Origin: Callorhinchus milii
Lineage: Eukaryota
NCBI RefSeq assembly: GCF_018977255.1
Contig: NW_024705546.1
Location: 1-35,307, forward strand
DNA: 35,307 nt
Direction of reading: 5' to 3'
Shown here: positions 1 through 9,519 of the stretch, in pieces
How positions within the stretch are numbered: the stretch's first letter is position 1
How the letters are laid out: each line of letters starts with the position of its first letter
Translations under genes and position numbers: made by a program
The notes under the pieces: generated by a model
Databases searched by the model: none
The model's input: the letters and a program-made list of their open reading frames with translations, nothing else
Told to the model about the DNA's origin: nothing

Positions 1-24
1 CGGCGTTGCCGGGCGAAAAAGGCA

Positions 25-110
25 GACACATGTAGTTACACACGCAAATCCATTGATACACACACATAGAGTTACACGCACAAATGGACTCACACATACA
101 TACATAGACT
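25..110. repeat. CA-rich degenerate minisatellite, left part (units like CACAC-ATGGAC/ATAGAG)
   Basis: gacacatgtagttacacacgca...cacaaatggactcacacatacatacatagact has the same unit style as 1510-2240. Confidence 0.75.
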
Positions 111-111
111 G

Positions 112-1509
112 AACAACAACAACCGCCATTCGCCACTAAGTGCGGTGATGTCACAACAACGCTTGTGCCAGGCTATGTGCACCTTGAGGCCACGTGAAGT
201 GTCGAACGCCCGCTGGAAAGAGTCACGGGGCAAACCCAGATGCCACAGGTCGACTGACTGAGACGACTGGCTGATGCACCACCTGTGCATCTACTGTGAC
301 AACTTTCTGTGCTTTAGCCACCCGCGCTCCGCTCGTTGTTGTGAGCGTCGCTCCTCCGCCCTCCGTTGTTGTTGGAGGTGACTGCCTCCAACTGGCCAGT
401 AGCGTCCTTCAGGAGCCTCCTCCACAGTGGCCGATCTTGACACGGCTGTACCAGTCATCCGCAAGTGACTCAGCTCCAAGTCCTCCTGTAGCGCATCACT
501 CCATGTCTTCTCTAGCACGTGCCGCACCCCTTTAGCCCCCTCGATCCAGCGGAATAAAAGCTGTTTAGGCATGCGGTGGCTGGCCATGTGGGCTACATGA
601 CTCAGGCAACACAGCTTTGCCTGCCGGAGGTCACCGATGGGACTTTGTCCACATCTTTCAAGGATTTGTGAGCTCCTCACACAATGCAGCCTGGTTAAAC
701 CCAGGATGGATCGTAGGCAGGCCAGCCTAAATGTTTCTAACCGGCGAAGATGTTCCATTAGGGGGTCCAAGTTTCGCAAGCGTAGAGAAGGAAGGGAATG
801 ACCGTGGCCGAGAAGACCTGTAGCTTCGTACGGAGTGATAGAGCAGTAGCTTCCACACAGCGTTACGCAGCCAATGAAAAGATACTGCAGCTCGACTGAT
901 TCGGAGTGAGACCTCTGCTGTTAAACCGGAGCCGGTCTTTAGCACATTGCCCAGGGAAACTCTCCACTGTCTCCACAACTGCCCCATCACCAATTGGGAG
1001 TTGTGGGGTGGAGTGTCTGGTCCGATGGTACAAAATAGCCAGGCAGGTGCTTAGCTTTGGTTGGGCTGATGGTAAGGCCCCACCTATTGGTGGCAAGCTC
1101 CAGGTTCAGCAGCAGCACCTCGAACTCCTCCTCCGAGTGAGCAGCCATTATCAGATCATCGGCATACATAACGTGGTTGAGCAACAGGGAGCCATCCCTT
1201 GACCGCACCCGGGCATCGATCAGCCTCCCATTGTATCTGTAGCAGATGGGAATTCTTCCGGTACAGGTATTGAAGGCTCGACGAACTACGTGGTCCAATG
1301 TGGGAGCCAGAGGACATCCCTGTTGCACCCCAAGGTGTACAGGGAATGGCTCTGACTCACGGCCACGTAGTTAAGACGCGGGGCCGCTCACCATCATGAA
1401 GGTCCTTAAGTATGGTGATGAGTGGGTTCGGGACTCGGAAAGCACGAAGAGGAACCCACAGGCCAGGCCTACTGATGGTATCATAGGCCTTGAGCAGGTC
1501 AATAAAGCA
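112..1509 (-). mobile_element. 5'-truncated, frameshifted non-LTR retrotransposon (RTE-clade-like LINE), RT domain through 3' end
   Basis: Minus-strand pieces occur in the correct order across several frames: FIDLLKAYDTISRPGLW..LRAFRVPNPLITILKDLHDG (~1385-1506); QQGCPLAPTL; IPICYRYNGRL; MYADDL (YADD at 1155-1166); WGLTISPTK; EVSLRISRAAVSF..LRNAVW; LRRLETFRLACLRSILG; HVAHMASHRMPKQLLF; KTWSDALQEDL. The element ends in a (GTT)4 microsatellite tail at 112-123. These motifs and a simple-repeat tail are typical of RTE-like LINEs. The clade call is from motif memory, not a search. Confidence 0.9.
150..1509 (-). pseudogene. Disrupted reverse transcriptase ORF of the LINE (multiple frameshifts)
   Basis: RT motifs are split among track ORFs 1357-1635, 987-1328, 863-1096, 727-993, 291-779 and 90-290. 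There is no endonuclease part; the ORF is truncated at ~1509. Confidence 0.85.
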
Positions 1510-2240
1510 CACGCATGGACTAAGATGCACACATGGACCTACAGACACGCAAATACATGAGTTACACTGACTAACATGGAGGCATGCACACACAGCGACT
1601 AACACACACGCACATGGACTGAGACACACAAACACATCGACTTACAGACACACACACTTATGGACTCACACACACATAGACATGCACTTGAGAAACGCAC
1701 ACATGGAGTTACACACACATATCGACGTACACACATACAGCGACACACACACATACATAGACACACACATTGCCGTACACACACATACACATGTGGACTG
1801 TCACACAGACATCCACTTGAGATATACACACATGGAGTTGCACACACATATATGGACGTACACACATACAGCGACGCACACACACACACACCGACTCGCA
1901 CACAGCGATACGTGGACTAAAACACACATTGATGTAAACACACATATGTACTTACACACACACATATGGACTAAGACACACATGAACTTACACATACATA
2001 GACTGACACACACATAGCCCTACACACACATACACATATGGACTGTGACACACAGATATCTACTTTAGATACACAGACATGGATTAACACACATATGGAC
2101 TCACACACAGACGCATTGACTTACACACACACATTGAGTGACACACACATGTACACCCATGTGGACTAACACACACACATATGGACTGACATACACATGG
2201 ACGTACACACACAGATCGACTGACACACACACATGGACTA
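1510..2240. repeat. CA-rich degenerate minisatellite (CACACAC-ATGGAC(T) units, ~18-22 bp)
   Basis: Recurrent catggact, tatggact, catggagtt and atcgac cores separated by (CA)n runs. Confidence 0.9.
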
Positions 2241-3406
2241 TGTTGTGTATGTACCCCCTTTTATTTTTTTTATATTATTTTTTTTTTAAGAATTATTCTG
2301 CCAACATAGATAATATCGTTTTTTTTAATAGACGCGGCCACGTGGGAACGAACACGCCCCACACTTCCACAGAGGCCCCCACACTTCCACAGATGCGCGC
2401 ATACCTCATTTCAAAGGAGAGAGGACATGAAAGGGGGGCAATAAGGTAATAAAAACTCCCCTAAATTCACACAAGAGGAACAAGGGAGGGGGGGAATTGC
2501 AGGCGGGGGGGGGGGGTCAGCAGGACATCGTTTTGTTAAAAAAAAAAACCACAGAACCAGGCACCATGGAGTAAGAGATAATTATATTCTGAACAAAGAT
2601 AAGCCGGGATATCAGATTAAATAATCACAAGAAGTCAAATAATAAGTACGGAATTAAAGTAGAAGAGGAATCAAGGGCGGAGAAGGCTCTCAAAATTAAC
2701 CAAACACAACACCCATGGGAAGCGAGCAACACGGCCGCCTTTGTCTTTCCGAGAGGATCTCCACACACAGGCACCAAGCTAGGAAATGACACCCATAAAA
2801 GTTGGGGCAAGGCTCAAAGGAAATTAACACACGCCTTCGAATAAATAAGCATGCGCCGGATGCTCCCACCGTGGAAACAACCGCCTTTGTCTCCCCACAA
2901 CACGGACAGCAAAAATTGCACACGCATGGAAATAACATTGCCATGAGAGATCGGGTCACGATGAAACATCGTGAACACTGTTTCGGCATAACCAAGCAGC
3001 AAATAAGTCGCATTTCAACTTCCAAACCAAACCAACTTAAGCTGTGTGAGACAAAGGATGTGATCCCAGAGCAAGGGAGTGAATAGTTAAGCTCGCTTAA
3101 CGCGTAGGTTTTCGCGACAAATATTATTCAGTAACAAAACATGGATTCGAATGTTTTTTTTTTAACTCAACGCGAATCATCGGTCTGGCTAATGGATAAC
3201 TTCTGAAGCAGCCGACACGAGGCCCCCACCCCCTTTCTTCCAGAACGACACACACAGCTGTGTCTTCAAAGCTAATAAACACACGGACAAACACGCACGC
3301 GAAACACACGGACGGACACACACACGGACGCAGATGGTCCACCCCCACAGGAAGGTTTTATGACACAGCTTTTGAACAACTCGGGAACCCGAGTGGAATT
3401 TTCCGA

Positions 3407-3412
3407 TATAAA
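3407..3412 (+). promoter_or_regulatory. Candidate LTR TATA box (TATAAA); copy in the 3' LTR at 13449-13454
   Basis: Context GGAATTTTCCGATATAAACCGAAGGA. The nested LTR has a similar context (GGATTTTTCGGCATAAAGGAACGGA). It sits at the switch from AT-mixed to GC-rich sequence. Function is inferred. Confidence 0.55.
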
Positions 3413-3429
3413 CCGAAGGAAAATCCATA

Positions 3430-3560
3430 CATCACAGAGATCGTCAGGGGCTCTGGCCCCCATCACAGAGTTCGTCAGGGGCTCTGGCCCCCATCACAGA
3501 GATCGTCAGGGGCTCTGGCCCCCATCACAGAGTTCGTCAGGGGCTCTGGCCCCCATCACA
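3430..3560 (+). repeat. 31-bp tandem repeat, 4 copies, CATCACAGAG(A/T)TCGTCAGGGGCTCTGGCCCC
   Basis: Units start at 3430, 3461, 3492 and 3523, with A/T variants alternating. Confidence 0.95.
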
Positions 3561-3949
3561 TATCGTCCGGGCTTCGGCTCCAACACACATATCATCCGGG
3601 CTACGAGCCCATCTTCGGCTCCACCACAGATCTTCACGAGCTCCGGCCTACATCTCATCTCGTCTCCGGGCTAAGGCCCCACCAGAGTTCTCCAGGGCGA
3701 CAACCATCTCTCCTCGTCGCCGCCAACGAAGAAGCTCCTGTCATTCAGAATGACGAGGGTCGCGGAGTAGCGACGCGTAGCTACAAGCCGAGGTCTGCAT
3801 CACTGAGAAGAATCGCTACCCTGAGTCGCAGAGCTGCGAGTGAAGCCAACAAAGACGCCAACGTCCACCCTGCCACGAACGAAGCATCGCTCCTCGTCAG
3901 AGTGACGACCAGCGAACAACCCGCAGGAAAGGCGGAGATCGCTGAACGA

Positions 3950-4035
3950 GCGCCAACTTGCGCCACCTTGTGCCACCGTGCGCCACCGTGCACCACTTTG
4001 CGCTGAACGTGCGCCACCGTGCGCCACCGTGCGAC
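3950..4035 (+). repeat. 10-bp degenerate tandem repeat GTGCGCCACC inside the LTR (copy at ~14052-14137)
   Basis: gcgccaacttgcgccaccttgtgccaccgtgcgccaccgtgcaccact...gtgcgccaccgtgcgccaccgtgcgac. Confidence 0.85.
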
Positions 4036-7000
4036 ATCGAGCGACACGAGCGACCGAGCATCTTCAAGGACAGCATCGTGCCAACTCGTCATCTAGCAGT
4101 AGAAAGAGAGAGCGCACGAGCAGCACCAAGCCCCCGGAACCATCAAGCGCCAAGCAAGCAAGTTTCTTCAAGGAACATCGTGCCAACGCCGCTCAATCCA
4201 GCAGTGGAGAGAGAGAGAGAGAGCAAAAGCCGAGCGACACAGCGAGGGAGCAGCAGGAGCTGTTCGTATCCTCCCACACCACACAAGCTAACGACACAAT
4301 TAATATTACGAGGGACAACGCACACACAGCACGCACACGAATAAGACTTTAAAAGAAAAACTGTCTTTTCGTTTCAAAAAGGGTTGCCATTTCGAGGTGG
4401 TGCGTTCAATATCAACTGATCGTGCAAAGCAGTTGCTGCCGTCGAGTTACATAAATGCATAAGAGTTTTGGTTATTCATATTGCATAATTGCATAATGTC
4501 ACAACTGCATAAGTTTTTGTCGTTCATATTAGTTAATTGCATAATCTTGCCCATGAATTATTGACGCATGTTTGACCTGCATGATAGAATGTCACGTGCT
4601 TGTTAGAATAAAATTGTAATCCAGAAGCATATCGAGTGTTCCTTCCAAGTCCATGCAAAACTGTCTTATTCTTGACAACTGTATCCTGTGATGAGATATG
4701 AAAATGGAGACCTAAAATATTATAACACACACTAGGATAATCGGTAAATGAATCTATGATAATCGTGTTATCCTGATTGATAACTCTGGATAAACGAAAC
4801 TAAGCAAATTATCATAACTGCACACATTAACATAATCGCAAGCCTCCGCATAAATTACTACGATTATCTCCGTGATTATCATAATTTATGCATATAATCA
4901 CACGCATTATCATAATTTATGCGTATTAATACACACATTATCATAATTAATGCGAATTGCGCATTTTCTGAATTTTTTTTTTTTTTTATCAAAATTTCAT
5001 AATTCCAACACATTGTTGTATCCTAACCCTTCTTCCATAATTGAGATTAATAATATTTGATGATTTTTATATATTATCTTTTTACTTGTTTTTTTTAATG
5101 AGTGAAACACACCAAGAGCAGCAAACTGCAAAACACCAGGTGTTGTTAAGTAATGAACCGGAGGAGGGCTAGGATGGCAGAATTTGCAACCTTGCTTCAA
5201 GGGAAGATAAGGCCTGATGAACGGGCACATGTCACCCGTGCAGGCGGCAGAGACAGTGGGAGTGTCAGCCAGACATAGTTAAGGCAAAAGCCCAATCATC
5301 CTGCATGGTTTTAAAGTAACGTCAAAATTCGAAATTCAACAACAGAGTAGGCTAAATTATCGATCCTCGCGCTCGCTCAAATTGGAGACCAGGCTGCGAG
5401 CTACATCAATGAACCATTGCCCATTTGCTAATCCAATACTGAATGTTAATATTACTGAAGTCAAAACGAATTCTATGACCTCAGCACATGGGCAAATAAT
5501 AGGGCAGTGTCGACTCAAAGGCAATGGAAGAAAACAGAGGCGCCTTTGTCTAAATCACAACCACAGAAAGCCAGGAATCATCACTGATTGTGTGTTCAGG
5601 AATTCCGAGCTAGTTAGAACACGTGCACAGGGGGGGAGCTGATGTAAACAACCCTGCGCGTCTGGATGTGAGGGGGCCTTGGACCTGGAATCAAGAATAA
5701 CACTCCCAGAGCAGAAGGTTGGACAGGGGGAGAGGTGATTTAAAAGAGGGTTGTATATCTCTCAAGGCGGGCAAGACCCAGCTGAGTAACAAGGCTGCGG
5801 GGGTCACCAGAAGTTCGCATTCGCCTAGTTAAGACAAAAAGCTCAATTATTCTGTATTGCTATTAAAGTAACGTTAAAGTCGGAATTTAACAACAGGGTA
5901 GGCTAAAGTTATTGATATTCACACCCACTCCAATTAAACCAGGCCACAAGTTACGCCTACTGAACCATCACCATTATTAAGTCAATATGAAATGTTATTT
6001 CCATACTTTAATACTTTCTATACAACTCGACCCGAAGCATATGACAATCAGAACCTTCCTAAGTCAAAATTGAATCGCACCCAGACAGGAGCGAATAGTC
6101 GATATAAGGTTGACGAGGGAAGGAAATTAAGAGCACGGCGAACTGCAAACGTAAGCAAAAAGCCGGGAACAACACCAGCCCAGCAACAGCGAGTGGGGCT
6201 TCGACAGGCCATAAAGTAGAATAATAACTCCCGGGGTCAGGGGACACAAGAAGAAGCAGGCAGACAAAAACCAGAACTGACTCCAAGGTTCAACCGCCCT
6301 CACCTACTCAGGAGTGACGGAAATTAATGAGGCCTTGAATTAACGGCTCAGCTGGAGGCAACAACAACGGCGAGCAGAGATAGGGTGGGGCAAAGACTGC
6401 GGGCTATGAAATGCAACTTCGTGTCAGTAAAGCTCTGACAAACAAGTTAAGTTAAAGACATCACAATACATAATATCGCACATAACATCAATGTTAACGC
6501 TATTCACCGTAAACTATATTCCGCTTATATAACCATGCAGGCACCAAGGAATACGAATTCCTAGGATCAAGAAACTTACCCCTTAACCTAAGATATCGGA
6601 AATAAATTAATAGTAATAAGTATATGCATGAAAAGACAAAAGTAAAACTTATGGAAAAGCCAGGATAACGGGATGAATCACCACCAGGTCGAATATAAAT
6701 ACATAATAAAAAAACGATGTTAAACCCAGGGTCGGAGAGAAAGGGAGATCCCGGCCGTCTTTGTATCCCCGCAGCGCGGGATAGGAGTGTGTATACGCTC
6801 GGGGAAACACCTCCACTGGAGTCAAGCACCACGATGGGAAACGACAGACCTTAGGTTACATACAGAATCATAACTGTGAAATAGTAAGGGACAAATGTTA
6901 ACTTAAAACTTTTTAACCATTTCTTTGTGCGCCGGGTCGGAGAGAGTGTTGCCCCTCCCTCCAGGTTGTGCAACACGAACAAAGACGCCTATGAGACGAT

Positions 7001-7275
7001 TTGTAACGTCTGTGTTTTGGGTTCATGAAGAAGGCCAGACAAGAGATAATATTGCACCCAGACAGAGAGACGACTTCGAGGCAATTTGTAACATCTGATT
7101 GTTTGCTCGTGGGTTTTATGGAGGGAGTGTGACAACGGAATATACCGTGGGTGATGCACACAAGGACATACGGACGTACGGACACACACATGGACACACC
7201 TGCCTACGGACAGATCCTGACACAGCAAAAATCGGAAGCCCCGCCTTGTGGGCGGGATCCAGGGGGATTTTTCGG

Positions 7276-7281
7276 CATAAA
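7276..7281 (+). promoter_or_regulatory. Candidate TATA-like box (CATAAA) of the nested LTR
   Basis: Positional and contextual similarity to 3407-3412; preceded by ACACACGGAC-like motifs and followed by a GC-rich tandem array. Confidence 0.4.
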
Positions 7282-7308
7282 GGAACGGATCCTGAGCATT
7301 GGAAACCA

Positions 7309-7500
7309 GTGCGACGGGAGGGTCCACTCAGAAGCTCGACCGGGAGGGTCGACTCAGGAGTGCGACCAGCGGGTCCACTCAGGAGTGCGACCAGAGGGTC
7401 GACTCAGGAGCGAGGGCGACCAGCGGGTCGACCCAGGAGCGAGCTCGACCGGGAGGGTCGACTCAGGAGCGAGCTGCGACCAGCGGGTCGGCTCGACTCA
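7309..7500 (+). repeat. 25-30 bp degenerate tandem repeat, 7 units (CGACC-N3-4-GGGTC(G/C)ACTCAGGAG)
   Basis: GGGTC cores at 7320, 7346, 7371, 7396, 7425, 7455 and 7485. Confidence 0.9.
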
Positions 7501-9165
7501 TCTTCAGCTCGTCAACCTCTGCCGAGCCGGAGGTCTCTGCTGCCGCCGGAGTGGTGAGCATCGCGTTTGGCGACGACCCAGAGCTGCACGCTACGAGCGA
7601 GTTGTGGGCGCCACCTACCGACCGGGTTCCGAACTGCGACAGCGTATCAACAGCCATCCGAACCATTCGCCACGGTGACAGGGGATCGACTGATACGTAT
7701 GACGCGCACCGCCCCCTCACCACACGACCACCAGGCGTCTGTTTGACCTAAAGAATCGACTCCGAACACTGACTATTCAAGACAACTCTTACCACTCAAA
7801 AACACTCGAACCCATAAGCCATCCGTGGCTGGAAGCATCACAACGAGACCGAGTGATGGCCATCCGTCTTTTATAAGAGTATTCGTAATTTTTATCTTTA
7901 ATATTTAGTGGGCTGTACTCTTAATCGCATAAATTCCCAACAGATCCATCAATACGAACTGATTCTTGGCACCTCCTTCCGCCGAGCCACGCTCACGTGG
8001 GGAGTGGTGGCCCACCGGATCCTTATCAGGTGATCTGGTCCCCAATTAGTAAACTTGGTATAAGATAACGAGCTTCGGAAAAGGAGCACCGTCGCAGGCC
8101 CTTACTCCGAGCCGTTCTGTTGTCAGATAACCTGCCGATGTATCTGTTGAGATTGGTGCCTTTAAGAATAATAACTGTTTTGATTGTGTTTTTTTTATCG
8201 CCGTATAATCTTTCAAGTATCTTTCAGTCATAATCGCCGCACGTACTCGCATCCTCTACAGAATATTCAACTGTTCCGTGACCCAAGGTGTTAACAACGT
8301 GATAAGGGTTGCGTATGATCAATAAGGAGTGCGGTACTGCGTGAACAATATTGAGTATAATCATTCATTAACGTTAAGGTTTTCTTAGCATAGTATTTGC
8401 ATGTTTTAACGACTCTCTCTCTCACTAACAACCATCGCGTTATGCGGGATCCATGTGCCGTTGTCAAAGTGAAATCAGACAATCGTTGATGATACTGTAT
8501 TGATGCCGTATTGACGTTCCGGGATTGAGAGTTCGCATACTATATCATAGTTAAGGTTGAATTAGTAATAAATTGATCAATACAGAAGTGGTTGTGTGAT
8601 TCTTTCCTGAAATCTATGCATAAGATCTGCTTCTGCGTTGAGATTTGAACTTGGTGACCTTAATAAACACACTAATACATACTCAGTAAATGTTAAAGCG
8701 ATAACGGGGTGAACCGGGGACCTAAATATAACCACGAATACACACTCTGGGAATGTTAAAGCGAGAATGAGACGAACCTAGACAACGATGCCGAGTTAAT
8801 CTAAGTTAATCTTGCATACTTACACCACACCTGCATAACCGCATACGATTAATTGCCTTATTCCGATCGATAACCCACCCTCGTCACCGAGGCGGGGTCT
8901 GGTTATCATAACGACTTGCATTATCATAATTACACCCACTCGCATAATTAATACGATTACCTCTCGAATTGGCATAATTAAAATGTGCATAATTACATAA
9001 ATTAACATATTTCCGGATAATTACACATTTGGCCAAATTTCATTTAATTATTATTATTTTCACTGAATATTCATAACCCACATATACAACATAATAATTT
9101 CACCCACACACGCATACAACATAACAAATTTTGATACCCAACATATACAACAACATACAACAGAA

Positions 9166-9184
9166 TGGGTGGCTCGTCCGGGAT
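9166..9184 (+). promoter_or_regulatory. Primer binding site complementary to the tRNA-Pro 3' end
   Basis: TGGGTGGCTCGTCCGGGAT, 3 nt after the LTR end at 9162, equals the canonical tRNA-Pro PBS TGGGGGCTCGTCCGGGAT (as in MLV) with one extra T. Confidence 0.85.
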
Positions 9185-9519
9185 CTCTCGCAGACAGTGT
9201 TTTGCATGGATGATGGAATGAATCACTTCGTGTTAACCAGAATATCAGGATCGAACATTGCATGGTGATTGTGAACGGGCGGAAAACTAAAAAACGCCCT
9301 CTAAGGTTAAAACCCAGAATAGCAGGTTAAAACAGAGACAGTGGAATTAAGATAATATCGTATCAAACCAATTGCATCCTCTGATAAATGGTGTTAGAGG
9401 TACGCACTCTGAATCGGAAAATAACAGATAGCTCGAGTCAAATTGACTACACTCTGTGAGATAATTGTTTTATATGCACTCTGAAAAGAAATGTCAAAGT
9501 AACTTCCGCCATACCTAAG

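Larger units (their letters stand above)
2241..5013 (+). repeat. 5' LTR (its last 6 bp, ACAACA, are displaced to 9157-9162 by the nested insertion)
   Basis: Aligns by eye to 12285-15129 with few substitutions, some homopolymer indels and one tandem-repeat copy-number difference. Confidence 0.93.
5014..9152 (+). mobile_element. Nested 4139-bp insertion, probably a solo LTR of a related LTR-retroelement family
   Basis: Has 8-bp terminal inverted repeats TGTTGTAT...ATACAACA and a 4-bp TSD ACAT (5010-5013 and 9153-9156). It is absent from the 3' LTR, which reads CCAACACATACAACA uninterrupted. There is no long ORF and no internal LTR pair, and the internal layout parallels the host LTR. Confidence 0.85.

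Noticed and set aside
100..1520. Target-site duplication around the RTE LINE
   Set aside because: No convincing direct repeat can be distinguished from the surrounding CA-rich units.
1599..2449. His/Thr- and Cys/Val-rich ORFs
   Set aside because: They are translations of the (CA)n-rich minisatellite.
3430..3560. 31-bp palindromic repeats as a CRISPR array (also 7309-7500 and 13472-13661)
   Set aside because: They are head-to-tail with no unique spacers, there are no cas genes, and the context is a eukaryotic LTR.
3260..4352. 248-aa and neighbouring ORFs inside the LTR as an accessory gene
   Set aside because: They run through 31-bp and 10-bp repeats in GC-rich DNA, show no recognisable domain, and are frameshifted in the 3' LTR copy.
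7099..7751. Three overlapping 150-175 aa ORFs in the nested element
   Set aside because: All frames are open because the GC-rich tandem repeat is poor in stop codons; there is no protein family signal.
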